From: the human T2T-CHM13v2.0 reference genome, Homo sapiens
Assembly (NCBI RefSeq): GCF_009914755.1
Contig: NC_060926.1
Length of the DNA: 64,000 bases
Direction: 5' to 3' (one strand)
Within the stretch, counting starts at the first letter, position 1; each line of letters opens with the position of its first letter. The position numbers were made by a program, and so were the translations under genes. Under the pieces are notes generated by a model. That model saw nothing but the letters and a program-made list of their open reading frames with translations. It ran no database searches and was not told where the DNA came from. Positions 1-13,870 of this stretch are shown piece after piece.

Positions 1-1239
1 ATGGTTCCCAAAGACACTGCTGATATAGCCATCTGAGGAAGTCAAGCCAATGAATTCATTCCCTGGATGTTTGGACTTGAAACCAGAGAGAGCCAAGGCA
101 CTATCCCTTCAGGAGCTAGCAACTATCAGCGCTATGTTTTCCTCCATGTGGCAATAACTGTTAGTGATAAGAGAAATGAATAAACATGAACTATACAGGA
201 AACATTCCTCATTGTCCTTCCACTAAAAGAGGAAAACCACCAGACAGGACTTGTCTATGTAGGTCATTATCTTTCAGCTCTAACAACACCACTGTTGATA
301 AGATCAGAGGTCCAACAGGCCTTCTTCTGATATCTTTCCACTCCTCAGTCAATAGCGCCTCTATTCATCTAACGGTATTAGTCAGGAACCTGAAAGCACC
401 TCAAATATATTTTTCCATCGTTTACTATATCCAGTCTAATTACAAGCCCAGTTGATGGTAAATAATAATTATCTCTGGAATCAAATTCCACCTCAAATGC
501 TACTACTCTGATTCCAGATACATACATCCCTCCCTGATTTCAACAATAACCTCATAATTATTCTCCTTAAACCAATAAGCAGAATTAAACCCCATACTTA
601 TTTTATTCACACATGCAACCAGAGCGATCTTTTCCAATGTATATCTAAAATCATGGGACCTTCTGCCTCCACCTTATGTTTAAACTCTCCAGTGGCATCT
701 TATACCAAGCTACATAAAGACAAACATGCTTAAAATGGCCTATAGATCCTAATTTGTTGACCCCTGCCTATCTATTAGCACCATCTTGCACATCAACACC
801 ACACTGCCCAAACCTATAAATACCAGGGGAATCCTTTTTAATCAATCAACTTTTCCTTATTAGGTGGCTATGGTTCTTGAGTCCCCTTTGCTTCAAAGAG
901 TTGTTTAGCCTGACCAGCATCACTGACTATAAAAGATATTCCATCACTCCTGGTGGTTACCAGGATGGATCTGCCACACAGCCAGCCCCTCTGTTGGTAC
1001 TATTGCCAAGGTATAGAAAAGAGTATAGTCTGTTTGACAGCTATTATGCTTTGTTTAAATGCAATTTTAAATGCAGGAGTTTCTAAGTGTGTTATTCATG
1101 CCAGTGATTTCTGCAAAAAATAAACATTTTGTAAAACTGCTAAAAGACTTCACAAATTGAGCAAAGCAAAGAATTTTTTGCAGGACAAGAGGCAGCAGAA
1201 TAAATTCTGAGAACTACCTAAAAGAACTACCTAAATTCA

Positions 1240-1370
1240 CTCAGCGATGGGTACTCATTAAAAGTGCAAACTCTTGTGTTTAATCCAATACCTACTATAT
1301 TAGAATCTCTTGGGGCCAGGAACCTAGAATCTGTATTTTAATAAGTACCTCAAGGTGATACTTTTCCACC
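1240..1370. mobile_element. MER5-like hAT MITE fragment
   Basis: agaatctcttggggccaggaacctagaatctgtatttttaataagtacctcaaggtgat resembles the MER5A/B core. Confidence 0.5.
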
Positions 1371-1384
1371 TTAAATCAGTGAAA

Positions 1385-1760
1385 GTCAAATGAGAGAAGA
1401 ATTCCCAGGATCAGGCCCTCAGGAATATCATTTAGAGGCCATGTAAAGACGATGGAAAGGACGAGAGAGGTTATAAAAAAGCCATCAGAGGCAGAAGATA
1501 AGCCAGAAGACAAGTGTCATGGAAGTCAAGAAAATGAGATTTTTTTCAAGGAGAAAGAGGCCAACTTAGATGAATAGTAATGTGTAGACTTGTAAGATGA
1601 GAACTTAATGTAACCGGCCTTCAGCTCCCAGCAACTTAAAAGTTTCTGTTTGATTTGGCAACATAGAAATAATTAATGACTTACTGTCACCAATTTCAGT
1701 CAAATGCTAGAGATGAAGGTCATAATAAAGTGGGCTAAACACTGATTGAAAAGAAAAACT
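1385..1760 (-). mobile_element. L2 LINE fragment
   Basis: L2-type motifs gtgtcatggaagtcaag...tttcaagga and tttgatttggcaacatagaa. Confidence 0.5.
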
Positions 1761-2074
1761 GAGAACAACCCAGTACCCATCAAAAGGAGAATACACTTGT
1801 AAATATGATCAATTCACCCTATGAAATGCTATGTAAAAGTAAAAATGAATTAATTACAGCCACATAGTACAATGTAGAAAAATCTTGATAGTATGAGTAA
1901 AAAATTATGTCTAAGAAGGCTACATTGAAGCAAGTCTTCATGTAATTTCAAAAATAATTAATATTAAATATATATTTTACACATGAATAATTATTTGATA
2001 AAATAATTTTAAGGTAAAGGAAATAATAAACATAAAATGTCAAAACTTGTTCCCTTTGATGTCAGTTAGACAGA

Positions 2075-2320
2075 AGAATGTGTTTTTAAAATCTATTGCA
2101 CAGCATGATGACTATAATTAACAATAATGTAATGTGTATTTCAAAATTCCTAAGAGAGCAGATTTTAAATGCTCACACACAAAAAAAAAAGTATTTGAGA
2201 GATAGACATGTTAGTTATCCTGATTTAATCATTCCATAATGTATACACATATCAAAACATCACACTATACCTCATGAATGTATACAATTACTATTTGTCA
2301 ATTAAAATAAAATAAAAAGG
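2075..2320 (+). mobile_element. L1MA-type 3' end
   Basis: tctattgcacagcatgatgactata...tttcaaaattcctaagagagcagattttaaatg...tttgtcaattaaaataaaataaaa matches an L1MA 3' UTR with A-rich tail. Confidence 0.8.
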
Positions 2321-2478
2321 AAAAAAATACTTGGTCCCTCTGAGGGATGGGAATGTAGGGGAATCGTATAAACAAACAGCACATAGAGATAGGTGAACAT
2401 GTGTTGTTTCATTCCACATGTGTTTATAATATCATTTCTATCACATGTATTTATTATATCATGTAAAAGTAAATACAT

Positions 2479-4720
2479 GGGTTCTGTTTCTGGCATGACA
2501 GCCTAAGAAGCTCCATGGAGTCCCCCCTCCCTAATGCTAGAAAAATTGGTAAAAAAAAAAAAATTTATGGAAAAAGAGCAACCATTTAAAGTCTCTGGAA
2601 AGGATCCTAAGGGCATACATCAAATGAAGAAATATTTGTTCAATAAAATCTACTAAAATGTGGTAAGAACAGCAAGAGCCCGCGGTTATTTCAACCAAGA
2701 CCTATTCTTCCCTTTCTTTCCGCCCTCTCCTCCCCCGAGCTCTGTGAGATGGAAACTTCTCTCCAGGCTGGGACAGCTGAGAACACAGAGTTTTCTCTCC
2801 TACCCAGCTCCCAGTCAGAGGGCTCTGTTCCCAGGAAAGGCAGGGTGTCAGCGTTTCTCATCATTTCCCCAGCTACCTGTTGTTCATTTTAAGTTCAAGG
2901 TGAGTATAGCCAAGAGGTGCATGCTCCCTTCTTCTGTCCAGTCCCTACTTATAGGAGAGAGGCTCTATATTGTGTTAGATGCCACTGAAAATACTGAGCC
3001 ACTAATCACCCTTACCCTGGTTCAGAGGTAGAGTTCATACACAGGGAGAGGCAAACCAAGAAGACCTGAGACCTCTGTCTGCCTCCAATGAGTGCTCAGC
3101 TCCTAAAGTGAGAGTGTGACTCAAAGAGAAGCACACCATTGTCCCCCGACTCCAGAGATTTTACCTAAGGGGAGAGAGCAGGCAGAAAAACACATATCCC
3201 CTAGCCTCTTTCCCATCAACAAAAAAACTGTCTTCATTATCAAGAGAGTGTGGAAAAATTCAGGCCTAAAAGCACCCTAAGAAACAGTGGAAGTTGTGGT
3301 GAAAGGCAACTGGGAGGAGACTGGCAGACGCATTGTACATACAGGCTACGCTGTCAGCTAGCTAGTTTGCCTAAGAGAACCAAGGAAAGAGACAGCTGGG
3401 AGGAGCCCTCTTGTGACAAACAATAACAACAACAACAACAACCTTCAAACATTGAATTCAGAAACTATCCCTTTAAAGGTGATCAAATTTGATTGGGTAA
3501 GTCTGTGACACAGTTTATACCCAGGGCATTGTTGAAAACATGAATCAACTACCAAAATTACTGTCATCCCAGAGTGGCTATGAGCACACCCAAGCCTGAA
3601 GAGCAACATGAAAGGCTTTGGACTGCATGGGAAGAATAGATGCCACTATAGTAATACAGTCAGTTAGTTAAATTTAAAAAAAAGAAACAAAAGAACAATA
3701 ACAAGCCCCATAAGGGGGTGACCAGTGTTGAGTTGCTATATTATATAAAATGTCCAGATTCAGCAAAAAAAAAAAAAATATGAGACATGCAAAGAAACAG
3801 GAAAACGTGACCTACACACTGGGAAAAAATCAGGCAAAAGAAACTGCCTGTTGAGAGGAACCAGATGTTAAGTTTAACAGATAAAGTCTTAAAAGAAGCC
3901 ATTGTGAATAACTTCAAAGAACTAAAAGAAACCACAATTAAACAAGTAAAGAAATGTGTAATCACAAGGTCACATCAAATAAAGAATGTCAATAAAGATG
4001 TAACAATTACTAGGAAGGAGGAGGAAGAGGAAGAGGGGAGGGGGGAAGTCAGAATCCTGGAGTTGAAAAACACAACTGAAATGAAAAATTTATGAGAGAG
4101 GCTCAATAGTATATTTGAACTGGCGGAAGAAAGAATTAGAAACCTTGAAGATAGATTGATAAAAATTATGCAATTCAAGGAAAAAAGAAGAAATGAAAAC
4201 AGCTTCAGAAAAGTATGAGATATTAAGTCATCAACACATACATAATGGGAGTACTAGAAGGATTACTACTAAACTATAGTAATCAAGATAAAATGGTGTT
4301 GATATAAGAATAAGCAATGGAATTTAGAGTCCAGAAATAAATCCTCACATTTATTGATTTTTTTTCACAAGGCTACCAAGACAATTCACTGGGCAAAAGA
4401 ACAGTTTTTTCAACAAATGGTGCTGACACAACTGGATAGCAACATGGAAAATAATAAGTTAGACCCCTAACTCATACCATATATAAAAATTAACTCAAAT
4501 TAGATCAAAGACCTAATTATAGGAGCTAAACTGTAAAACTCTTAGAAGACATAAAAGTAAATCTTTATGACCTCAGGTTTCACAATAGACTCCTAGGTAT
4601 AACAGCAAAACCTAAATAGCAAATGAAAAATAGATAATTTGCACCTCATTAAGATTTAAAACATTTGTGCTTCGAAGAACACTATCAACAAAGTGAAAAA
4701 ACAACCCACAGAATAGAAGA
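2479..4720 (+). mobile_element. Old L1M element: 5' UTR, ORF1 remnant, then ORF2 C-terminal remnant (internally deleted)
   Basis: ORF 3865-4095 resembles the ORF1 coiled coil (KEAIVNNFKELKE); at ~4262 the sequence jumps to late ORF2 (gagtccagaaataaatcctcacat, ttcaacaaatggtgctg). Confidence 0.75.
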
Positions 4721-4941
4721 AAATCACTGATCACAAATCACCATAAAATACATGATAATAATGAAATTGAAATATTGCAAGAATTACCAAAATGTGATAC
4801 AGGGACATGAAGTGAGTGCACGCTGTTAGAAAAATTGTGCCAATAGACTTGCTCAATGCAGGGTTGCTACAAACCTTCAATTAAAAAAATAAAAAGCAAT
4901 ATCTGTGAAGCTCAATAAAGCAAAAATGAGGTATGTCTATA
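4721..4941 (-). mobile_element. Tigger1 terminal fragment
   Basis: atcactgatcacaaatcacc...gacatgaagtgagtgcacgctgttagaaaaa...ctcaataaagc...gaggtatgtct matches a Tigger1 end and TIR. Confidence 0.8.
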
Positions 4942-4974
4942 TTTGCTTACTGTTCCAACCTTTAAAAGTATTAA

Positions 4975-5100
4975 CTTATTTAATCCTCAAAACAATCCTA
5001 TGAGGTAGGTATAATTAATTTCCCAATTTTTCAGATAAGAAAAAATGAGGCTTACATTAAATAAACTGCCTAACATCACAAAACTAATATTTGGAGGAGC
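4975..5100 (-). mobile_element. MIR
   Basis: tttaatcctcaaaacaatcctatgaggtagg...cagataagaaaaaatgaggct. Confidence 0.7.
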
Positions 5101-5599
5101 CACCTCCCAAACAAAGGCAAAAGATGCAAATAAATCATTTAACCTAATCTTAGTATTATTACCTTAAATCATAGACTTATTTATAATAGTCTGTTAATCT
5201 GTTTTTTATTTCAAATAATATTCTAAATGAATACTTCATGTGTAATTATTTGTTGTTTTTGTACTTGTAATTCTCAATTAGAAAGTTATTTTACTAGATA
5301 AAGCAAAACTTGAATGGTGTACATCTCTCTGACCATTTAGACTATAAAGCAATAGTCCACATATCACCCTCCTCAGGTTGATTAAAATGTGTATTTGTGT
5401 ATGTTTAAATGTATTCATAAATACTTCTCTTATTCTACAAAGATTTAAAATGACTTCCGGGAAAGAAAATAAAAAATATCAATATATGAGTTAAAAATGT
5501 CAAGACAAAAAAATCTAAATTAGATTAAAAGATCAAGCCTCCAGATAGAAGCCTCTGGGCTTCTTGCAGGAGTGACTTTGAGCAGAGCCATGATGTATA

Positions 5600-6350
5600 C
5601 ATGAACCATTAAGAAGCACATTCTCAGAGTAAACAGGGGTGCACAATATGAAATCTCATACTGATCACATATGCCAGTGTGATTGCAGGGTTTATTTTTA
5701 GGAGTTTCATTTGGGGATTTTTTTCCAAACTTCGTGAGGCAGTTTTTCAGTTGTTTCTCATTGACCACTGATAGCTGGATGTGCCATTTTAAGCTTGATG
5801 CTAGATATATCAAGTTTACTTTTCTGAGTGTCTTTATAAAATCAATTATGACAGTATCATTTCTCTGATTTAATATGCTTCTCAAAACATTTTTTCTTTA
5901 TTTTGGCACATTTTTTCTACTGTTTATTATCATGGGGAAATGAATCTGGAGAGCATTTTACACAAAATTGTCTGGTTTCTGGAACTCAATACATTTTATA
6001 GTGCTTGAAACATTTCATTGTCCGTGCTGGTCATTTTGCTTTCCTCAAACATAAACTTATATTGATTCATGATATACGATGCTCCTTTTTCATTATTCCA
6101 GCTAGGTGCACTTTCAGATTCTTTTTTCCCCAAAGTTTACTCTTCACAAAAGCATTAAATATAGCATGAGATGGAGTTCTGTGACTTTGTCACAAAAGTA
6201 ATAATTTTCAGCTAAGGATGCAGTTTCAGTTTTTATTATAGTCCACATTCTGAATATTATATTTGCAGATTTGTGTCAACTTTCCCCACGTCTTTTCTCA
6301 AGAAATATATTACACTAATGTTGGCAACTTATAAATCTAGAATTATTATG
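5600..6350 (-). mobile_element. Possible hAT/Charlie transposase remnant
   Basis: Minus strand carries a degenerate DGAPAMxG-like stretch (aatggcacatccagctatcagtggt) followed by an FHC/CxxH-like stretch; heavily frameshifted. Confidence 0.25.
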
Positions 6351-7989
6351 TGTAAAAAATATTCTGAAGAAAAGAGATACTGGTACCTAATGCTATCCTT
6401 AAATGGGAACATAATGGAACTATACAAATATTAGTCAATTAAAATTTAAACCTGAAGCTGGAGAACCAAGTGACAAGGGTAAGAAAGATACTATTTTTCC
6501 CAGGAAACCAAATAACTTGACTTTAGGTCAACCTTGTGGAATGCAGTCAGGAAAAACAAAATAAGAAATGAGATGCAACTGGCACGAAGACACTGCAGGA
6601 AAAAAAAAAAGTGGCTCAGTAACTCCAGAGTAAGAAGAGGATACAGGTACACATTGTCCCTTTATTACATGGAAAGAAAAGCAATAATAGCAAATACCTA
6701 AGAGCCATAAGTTTAAAATTGTTTTGTTGAGGATTTTTTTTTCCAAACTGAGTCAAGCCTCACCGCTGAGATGAAAAACTTAGAAAAATGGCTAGTATCT
6801 TGAAGAAACTATCTTAAGTGATATCAATATTGTGAATTCCTATTGTACTTATTGTCTAGATACGCTAATTTAACAAAAACATATATTGTCCTGATTTTTA
6901 TCTGATTGTTTCATACTTAAACACACATACTTACACCTGTATGTTAGTATATTCTAATTTGATTATAAATTTCTTGAGTGGGGAAATGATTTTATACTGA
7001 TTTGACATATACCAGTTTTCAACTCAGAACAAAGAAGATAGCAGATAGTCCAAAATATTTGTTAAATTGAATTATGATGGGTAAAACATCTGATTAAATG
7101 TATGAAAAATGCCTTTCAGGAGATCTGACTTTCAGAAATGTAAAATATAATACACTGTAGCAGCTTCTATTTAATCTCGATTATTCTGATGATGTCTTAG
7201 ATATATATTTTCATTATAAACTTAAGGGCTTTTAGTTTTTAATTTTTTGTTAAATATGAGGGAAAACGCAGAAAGATTTAGTCAAAGAGGGACTTTTCAT
7301 TGAAAAATTGTAGACAATCAGTTTGGATTGTTCATAATTTTTAAAAAATCAGCATTCATTGTATACCTCATACAACCAGTGGACATAAAATGATTCAAGT
7401 ACAGAAACAAGAGCTGCTATACCCAGAAAAGGATTTTAACTGCATTTCTCAAGGGGAGCAATGGCAATCATTCGCTTTCAGCTCTGACCCAACCTAGGAG
7501 TTCCTGTTCCATCAAAAAAGCCTCCCCAGCCCGCTAGGCAGGCAGAATGCCGATCATGAAGAACACAAAGACAGCATGCAGAGAGCTCAGAAACAGAGCT
7601 TCAAGATCTGAAAACCCAAAAGGAAGTCACTCCCAGGGTGGTAAATTATCAATACTAGAGACCAGCAGATAACAAAAAGAAATCACAGAAGAGCTGCATC
7701 CTTTCGACAGGTTAGTGAGCAGTATATTTATAATGTAGATTTAAAGCTACTGTATACCAATGGCCTGATCTTTTTTTTCTTTTTTGTGATTAGTAATAAG
7801 GGCCTGGATCTAGAGGTGGGTATAGCCCCATGAAAGACAGCACAAGACAAGGATGGTTTAAGACATACTGAAGATTATTCTAGACCAGGGCCAGCTAAAA
7901 CAAAGACACAAATTGAGCCCAGCCAGAAAACAGACAAAAATATTAGTTACAAGATATTATTGTTCATCATATACAAGTATCCTGAAGTG

Positions 7990-8200
7990 GAGGTATTGTA
8001 GTGTGGTGGACTGAGTGCACTGAGCAGAGAGAGTTGGCTCAGATCCTGGCTCTGGTGCTTTCTATTTGATCCTGGAAACAGGAAACTAACCATCCTGTGT
8101 CTCAGTAGCGCTTACTTCACATGCTGTGAAAATTACATGCAGTTATTTGAAAGCCCATACTCTGGTAAGTGGACAGCAAGTAGTACCTGTTTTTATTATG
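7990..8200 (+). mobile_element. MIR
   Basis: tgtagtgtggtgg...ggctcagatcctggctctg...ctgtgtctcagt...ctgtgaaaattacatg. Confidence 0.6.
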
Positions 8201-9264
8201 TTCTTTATCCTGTTGTTATAGTTATTCTTCTTTTGAGACAAATGAATAGGATTTTGTTCATGGTTCTCATTCTCTAGTGTCACTTCAGTTACTTTCAAAT
8301 ATGCCTAAGTTTTCTTTGTAAATCCAGAGTTACAGTTACATCTCCAAAGTCAAGAAGCAAAATGAGTAAGTAAATCCTACTCCATAGAGGTGGCCTAACA
8401 AACCAGTGCCTGTTCTGGGATGCCATTGAAAATAATGGCAGGGGTTTTCACTATTTTTCTCAGCCTTTGTCTTGATAATTGTAAGAGTCCAGGAGGCCAG
8501 TGATGATTATTGGAAGGCATAGCAAAAGCACCACTGTTTTATTACAATTTTTAGATCCAAGAACATTAGACATCAGAATCTTTAAAATACCCTGTGTAGA
8601 GGGTTCAATATAAACTACGTAGTAAATGCTATTTCATCATTGAAGAAAGAAGGAACAGGAAATTATACAGGTCAATCAACTTCAAAATAATCATGTTAAT
8701 TATTAAATAAAATAATGCGCTTGTTTCTCTTCAAATGATACTAAATAAAGCTAAATCCTAGACTCTATAGTAAACAGCATAATGTGAATTACAGCAAAAC
8801 ACTGAAGATTCAGATTTGACACTTTTAAGCCTCTAATTGACATACCATCATTTGATAAGTGAAGTTGCTCAATTACTGTTACTTCCTTTGAACTGGTGCT
8901 ACTTTAGAAGACACAATTATCAGAAACGTTTGACTGTCACTGTCACTAAGTATGTGTTATTCACTTTTGAGAAGGGGAGTTAGAAGATCTGGAGCAAAAA
9001 TGCCAGACAGTCAGCATCACTGAACCCCTTGCACCTCTACACTTTGCCCTCACCTGCTTCCACCTCACTGTCTCCTTCCAGAAGGGAGTGATGTTCCTGC
9101 AATGAGTCATTTGGGCTCAGTGCATTGCAACCCTGAACTCTTGGAAGACACTTTTCTCTTCTTGATCTGTTTGGCTTAATATGCGCATCAAAAATGAAAT
9201 AAAATAAAACAAAAATAAAGAAGTAATATAAGGCCCAAGAGTAAATACTAGACCACAGCTATCA

Positions 9265-9585
<321 letters not shown>

Positions 9586-10369
9586 CAGTTATGTTTTCTA
9601 CTGTGTGTACATGTGTGTGTGTCAAGAGGGAAGATTCTGCTGGTGATTTAACTACTCTCTTTAAGTACTATTCATGCAGCTATGTTCCCATAGAACATTC
9701 TACTCTGGCTTCAAATTTGTTTACACATAAAAATATGTCTTCAGATTTAATTTGTGATGTATTCTAATAAGCATATATCGAAAGAATCACCTGGTTATAT
9801 GCCAGTGGAGTGATTACTTACTGCCCAGTTACTTGCACAGGGCCACATTTTTCAGTTCCTGGAAATAGAGTTGGCAACATTACCATTTTTTAGAATTACC
9901 TATTTGCCCAAAATAGTGTATTTTTACTATGCCAATTGTAATTTGATAGAGAAAACGACATTTGGTTTCAGAATTTCTCAAATCTAGCAAAGATTTCAAA
10001 CACTTCTAACAACAAGTTTAAGAACAAGAAAAAAAATGACTAAAATAACTTACTTCCACACTTTCCACAGGTTTCTTGCAGAAGTTAGAACTAAGAAGAC
10101 TTTTCCTTAAAAACTATTCGTTTGAAAAGTTTGAACGACTGGATGAAAATGATTGACAGAATGTTTCCTTCAAAATAAGTGACTGCCACATATAGCTCAG
10201 TGCCATTCACAGGAAAAGCCCTTAATAAATGCCTGTTGATGGATGTATATATTTTAAGTACATATTCCATTAGCATCACTGTTCCACATTCTTTGTACCA
10301 TAACATTCCATTTAAACATGAAGTGGCAGTATTTTGCAATTGTGGCTTCAGGTTCAATCATTTAGCCAG

Positions 10370-10880
10370 TCGACAAACATTTATTAAGTTCCTGCTACGC
10401 ATTTATTTATTCACTCAATGCCTGCAGTACGCCAGGCACTGGCCTTAGCTTGGGAGACTCAACAGTGTATCCAATTGAAAGTTTCCATTTCCTCCAGAAA
10501 TTTGCAGACTGCTGATGACAGAGAAGAAATAAACAAGGAAGCAAATAAATACATTTGTAAGACTATTCAAGTATTGCTAAGTGCATAAAACCGAATAATG
10601 AGATACAGTTTGACTTGAAGGAGAGGGAAGACCTACTTTAGGCATCAAAGACAGAAAAAGTTTCTCTGAGAAATTGGCTTCTGAAATCAATATAGTTAGC
10701 CATTCAAATACTTAGAGAAAGAAATTTCCAGGTAGACAGAAGAATTGGGGTAAAGGCATGGAAATGAGAATGATTTTAGTTACATCAAGTAACAAAAAAT
10801 ATATAAATGGCTGAAGAAAATGATAAGTATTTTGATTTCATCTTAACAGCAATGAGAAGACATCTGAGGATGCTCTTAAG
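10370..10880 (-). mobile_element. L2 3' part (continues at ~12487-12870 after nested L1 and MER6A)
   Basis: catttattaag...gccaggcactgg and L2-like body; resumes as gtctggagttcaagg...aagccctgggg. Confidence 0.6.
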
Positions 10881-10914
10881 TCCAGTTTATTAAAGAATCC
10901 TTTGCCCACACACA

Positions 10915-11215
10915 CAAAGCACTCACTTTAAGGATACAGTTAATAAGTTTTAGCAAATGTATAGAGTCAGGTAACCAACACCCCACCATCATAATTAAAA
11001 TATAGAATATTTCCATCACTCTAAAAAGTTGCCTCATGCCCTTTTGCAGTCAATCACAAGCCACTGGAAAACATTATAATTCTGTCATATAAATGGAATC
11101 ATAAAGAATGTCAAATAAATAAAATCATACAGTATACAGTATGCAATCTTCTGGCTTCTTTTACTTAGCATAATGCTTCTGAGATTTGTCCGTCTCATTG
11201 CATGTTGATTTTGAG
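10915..11215 (-). mobile_element. L1MB/ME 3' fragment
   Basis: tagaatatttccatcactctaaaaagttgcctcatgcccttttgcagtcaa; ctggcttcttttacttagcataatg. Confidence 0.7.
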
Positions 11216-11274
11216 ATTCTACTGGATACCTAACAAGCAGTGTTGATTCAGCAGCTAAGTATAGAAGACTACAC

Positions 11275-11875
11275 AAAAGACAACAAGTATTGACAATGAT
11301 GTGGAGAAAAGGAAACCCATGTTGGTGGGAAGTAAATTGGTACAGCTATTACAGAAAACAATATGGAGGCTCCTCAAATGATTAATAGAACCATTCTATG
11401 ATCCAGCAATTCCATTTCTGGTTCTATAGCCAAAGGAAATGAAATCAGTATCTTGAAGAGATATCTACACCCCCATGTTCATTGCAACATTATTCACAAT
11501 AGCCAAGATACAAAGTCAACCTAAGTGTTCATCAATGGATGAAAGAATAAAGAAAATGGGTGTATATACACAATGGAATATTATTCAGCCTCAAGAAAGA
11601 AGGAAATTCTGCCACTGGCAACAAAATGGGTGAACCTAGAGGACATTATGCTAAGTGAAATAAGCCAAGCACAGAGGGACAGATATTGCAAGTTCTCCTT
11701 CATATGTGTAACGTAAAAAGTTGAACTTATGGAAACAGAATAGAACATTTACATAAGTTAAACTTATAGAAACAGCATTACCAGGGGCTGGGAGGTGAGA
11801 GAAATGGGGAGATGTTGATTTTATATATATATATAAAATTTTTATTTGACTTTAATAAAGCTGGGAGAAAAAAGT
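11275..11875 (+). mobile_element. L1MA/MB ORF2 end and 3' UTR
   Basis: gatccagcaattccatttctgg, ccatgttcattgcaacattattcacaatagccaaga, gaggacattatgctaagtgaaataagcca. Confidence 0.85.
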
Positions 11876-11880
11876 ATATC

Positions 11881-12485
11881 CAGCAGGTCCTCAAATATGT
11901 CTTTTCATCCAATGTTGTTTCATTTTAAAATTAATGAGAAAAAAATGTGATTCCCAGCCAGGGCCACTGTGTGTGTGGAGATTGCATGTTCTCCCCATTT
12001 CTGCATGGGTTTTCTCTGGGTACTCCAGTTGCCACCTACATCCCAAAGATGTGCATGGCAAGTGAATCGGCGTATCTCTATGGTCCCAAGTCTGAGTGAG
12101 TGAGTGTGTGTGTGTTTGAGTGTGCCCTGCAATGGAAGGGCAGCTGTCCAGGTTTCGCTCCCATCTTGCACCTGGAGCTGCTGGGATAGGATCCAGCCAC
12201 CAGCGATCCTCAACTGGAATAAGTGGGTAAATAATTATCTTACTTGTCTTATTAATCTTTCTGTAATGTATGTATAGCTCATATTTATCTCAATACTTAA
12301 TATTAGAAGTGTCTTGGTCTTTATTTGGAAGTTTGGTGATGGTTTTGTGACCAGAAATATGTCATAGGAACTTAACTCTTGTTTACACCAATTAACTTAT
12401 GGTAAAATTATTTTCATTAGGCATTGTTTTGCTTAAAGCTGCACTTTCCAAGAACCTATTGACAATGTTAAGTGAGGGCTTTCTG
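11881..12485 (+). mobile_element. MER6A (TcMar-Tigger MITE)
   Basis: Starts cagcaggtcctc, contains gccactgtgtgtgtggagattgcatgttctcccc, ends gttaagtgagggctttctg; ~605 bp. Confidence 0.85.
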
Positions 12486-12537
12486 TGCAAGTCTGGAGTT
12501 CAAGGCAAAGATCAGATCAGGAGAAAAAATCCTGAAG

Positions 12538-12630
12538 TCTAGATAGTATTTAAAACCATGGGATTAGGTGATATCACCAAACCACATCTAGATAGTATTT
12601 AAAACCATGAGGTTAGGTGATATCACCAAA
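12538..12630 (+). repeat. Tandem duplication, 2 x 44 bp with 5 bp spacer
   Basis: tctagatagtatttaaaaccatg(gga/agg)ttaggtgatatcaccaaa at 12538-12581 and 12587-12630. Confidence 0.95.
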
Positions 12631-12896
12631 GGAAAAAAATGAAAGATCAAGCCCTGGGGTCCTACACATGTTAAAAAGAGGTGAAGGAGGCAGAGATTAA
12701 GGAAAAATATCCAGTGAAGATGAAAGAAGGTAAGTAAGAAGCCCAAAGAAGGCGGCATTTCAAAAAGGAGAGGATGGTTAACTGTGCCAGGTATGAAGTA
12801 GAATGAGAACTTGCCATTGATTTGTCAAGGTAGAAATCACTGATTACCTTAATAAGTGCAGTGTGAATGGCCCTGTGCCAGACATTGAAAAATGCT

Positions 12897-13300
12897 TGGC
12901 AAAACTATAGAGTCAGTACAAAGATCGGTGGTTGCCAGGAATTATAGAGAGGGAAAATCAACAGGTGGAGTACAGAAAATTTTTAAGACAGTAAAAACAC
13001 TCTATGATACTATAATGGTGGATACATGTCATCGTACATTTGTCCAAGCTCATAGAACATACAACAGAAAGAGTGATCCTTAATGTGAACTATAGACTTT
13101 GAGTGACAATGATGTGTCAATGTAGGTTCATCAGTTATAATAACTGTACCATTCTGGTGGGGATATTGATAATGCAGAAGACTGTGAATAATGGGGAGAA
13201 GTGGGGCAGGGGGTATATGGGAAATCTCTGTACCTTCCTCTAAATCTTGCTGTGAACCTAAATTTGCTCTGAAATAAATAGCACCTTTAGTTTTTAAAAA
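12897..13300 (+). mobile_element. L1MC1-like 3' UTR
   Basis: tgatactataatggtggatacatgtcat...aatgtgaactatagactttgagtgacaatgatgtgtcaatgtaggttcatc. Confidence 0.85.
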
Positions 13301-13870
13301 GTGCTTGGAATGCCACTGTGAATAAAGCAGAAGTAATAACACCCAGCCTCTTGGAAATTGCAGTCTAATATGTGTGCCTTCAGTTTGGTTCTTTATTAAC
13401 TGCATACAGCAACTGGGAATTGAACATGTAACTAACTATTCAGCAGAAGAGTTTAGAACTCTGGAGAAAATTTGAATTCTTTGGTTCTTCCTCTTTTCCC
13501 CGCAACAAAAATTTTAATACAATTTCACTAAGGAAAATGGAACATTATCATCTTAATGCTAATCATGGTCGGGTGGTAGATAATCATTTTCCTTATCTGA
13601 TATTTAGAGATATTTATCCTTTTATGAATTAATAATTCAGAATGTGTTTGAAGACATAACCAATTAGCTGTAGTAATTTGCATTTTAATGTTTTTTCATT
13701 AGTTTCCTAAGTCCTTTTCCCTGGTTTCTGTAACAAAAATGCTATCTTTCAAAGGTGAATAGCTTTTTTGTATTTGCTTGGTAATGAGCTTTCTTTAATT
13801 ATCATTTGGCCAATTTTATAGATTTCAAAGAAAATATAGCTATTAGCGTTGAAAGACTGGCAAGCCCATG

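Noticed and set aside
1-830. Possible MLT1 and L2 remnants at the window start
   Set aside because: Similarity too faint to set boundaries by eye
1210-1235. 13 bp perfect tandem repeat agaactacctaaa x2
   Set aside because: Ordinary slippage duplication
5520-5885. 121 aa minus-strand ORF as a gene
   Set aside because: Non-ATG start, no recognisable domain or splice context; at best decayed transposon sequence
12538-12630. CRISPR-like repeat-spacer array
   Set aside because: Only two units with a 5 bp spacer, in eukaryotic L2 sequence
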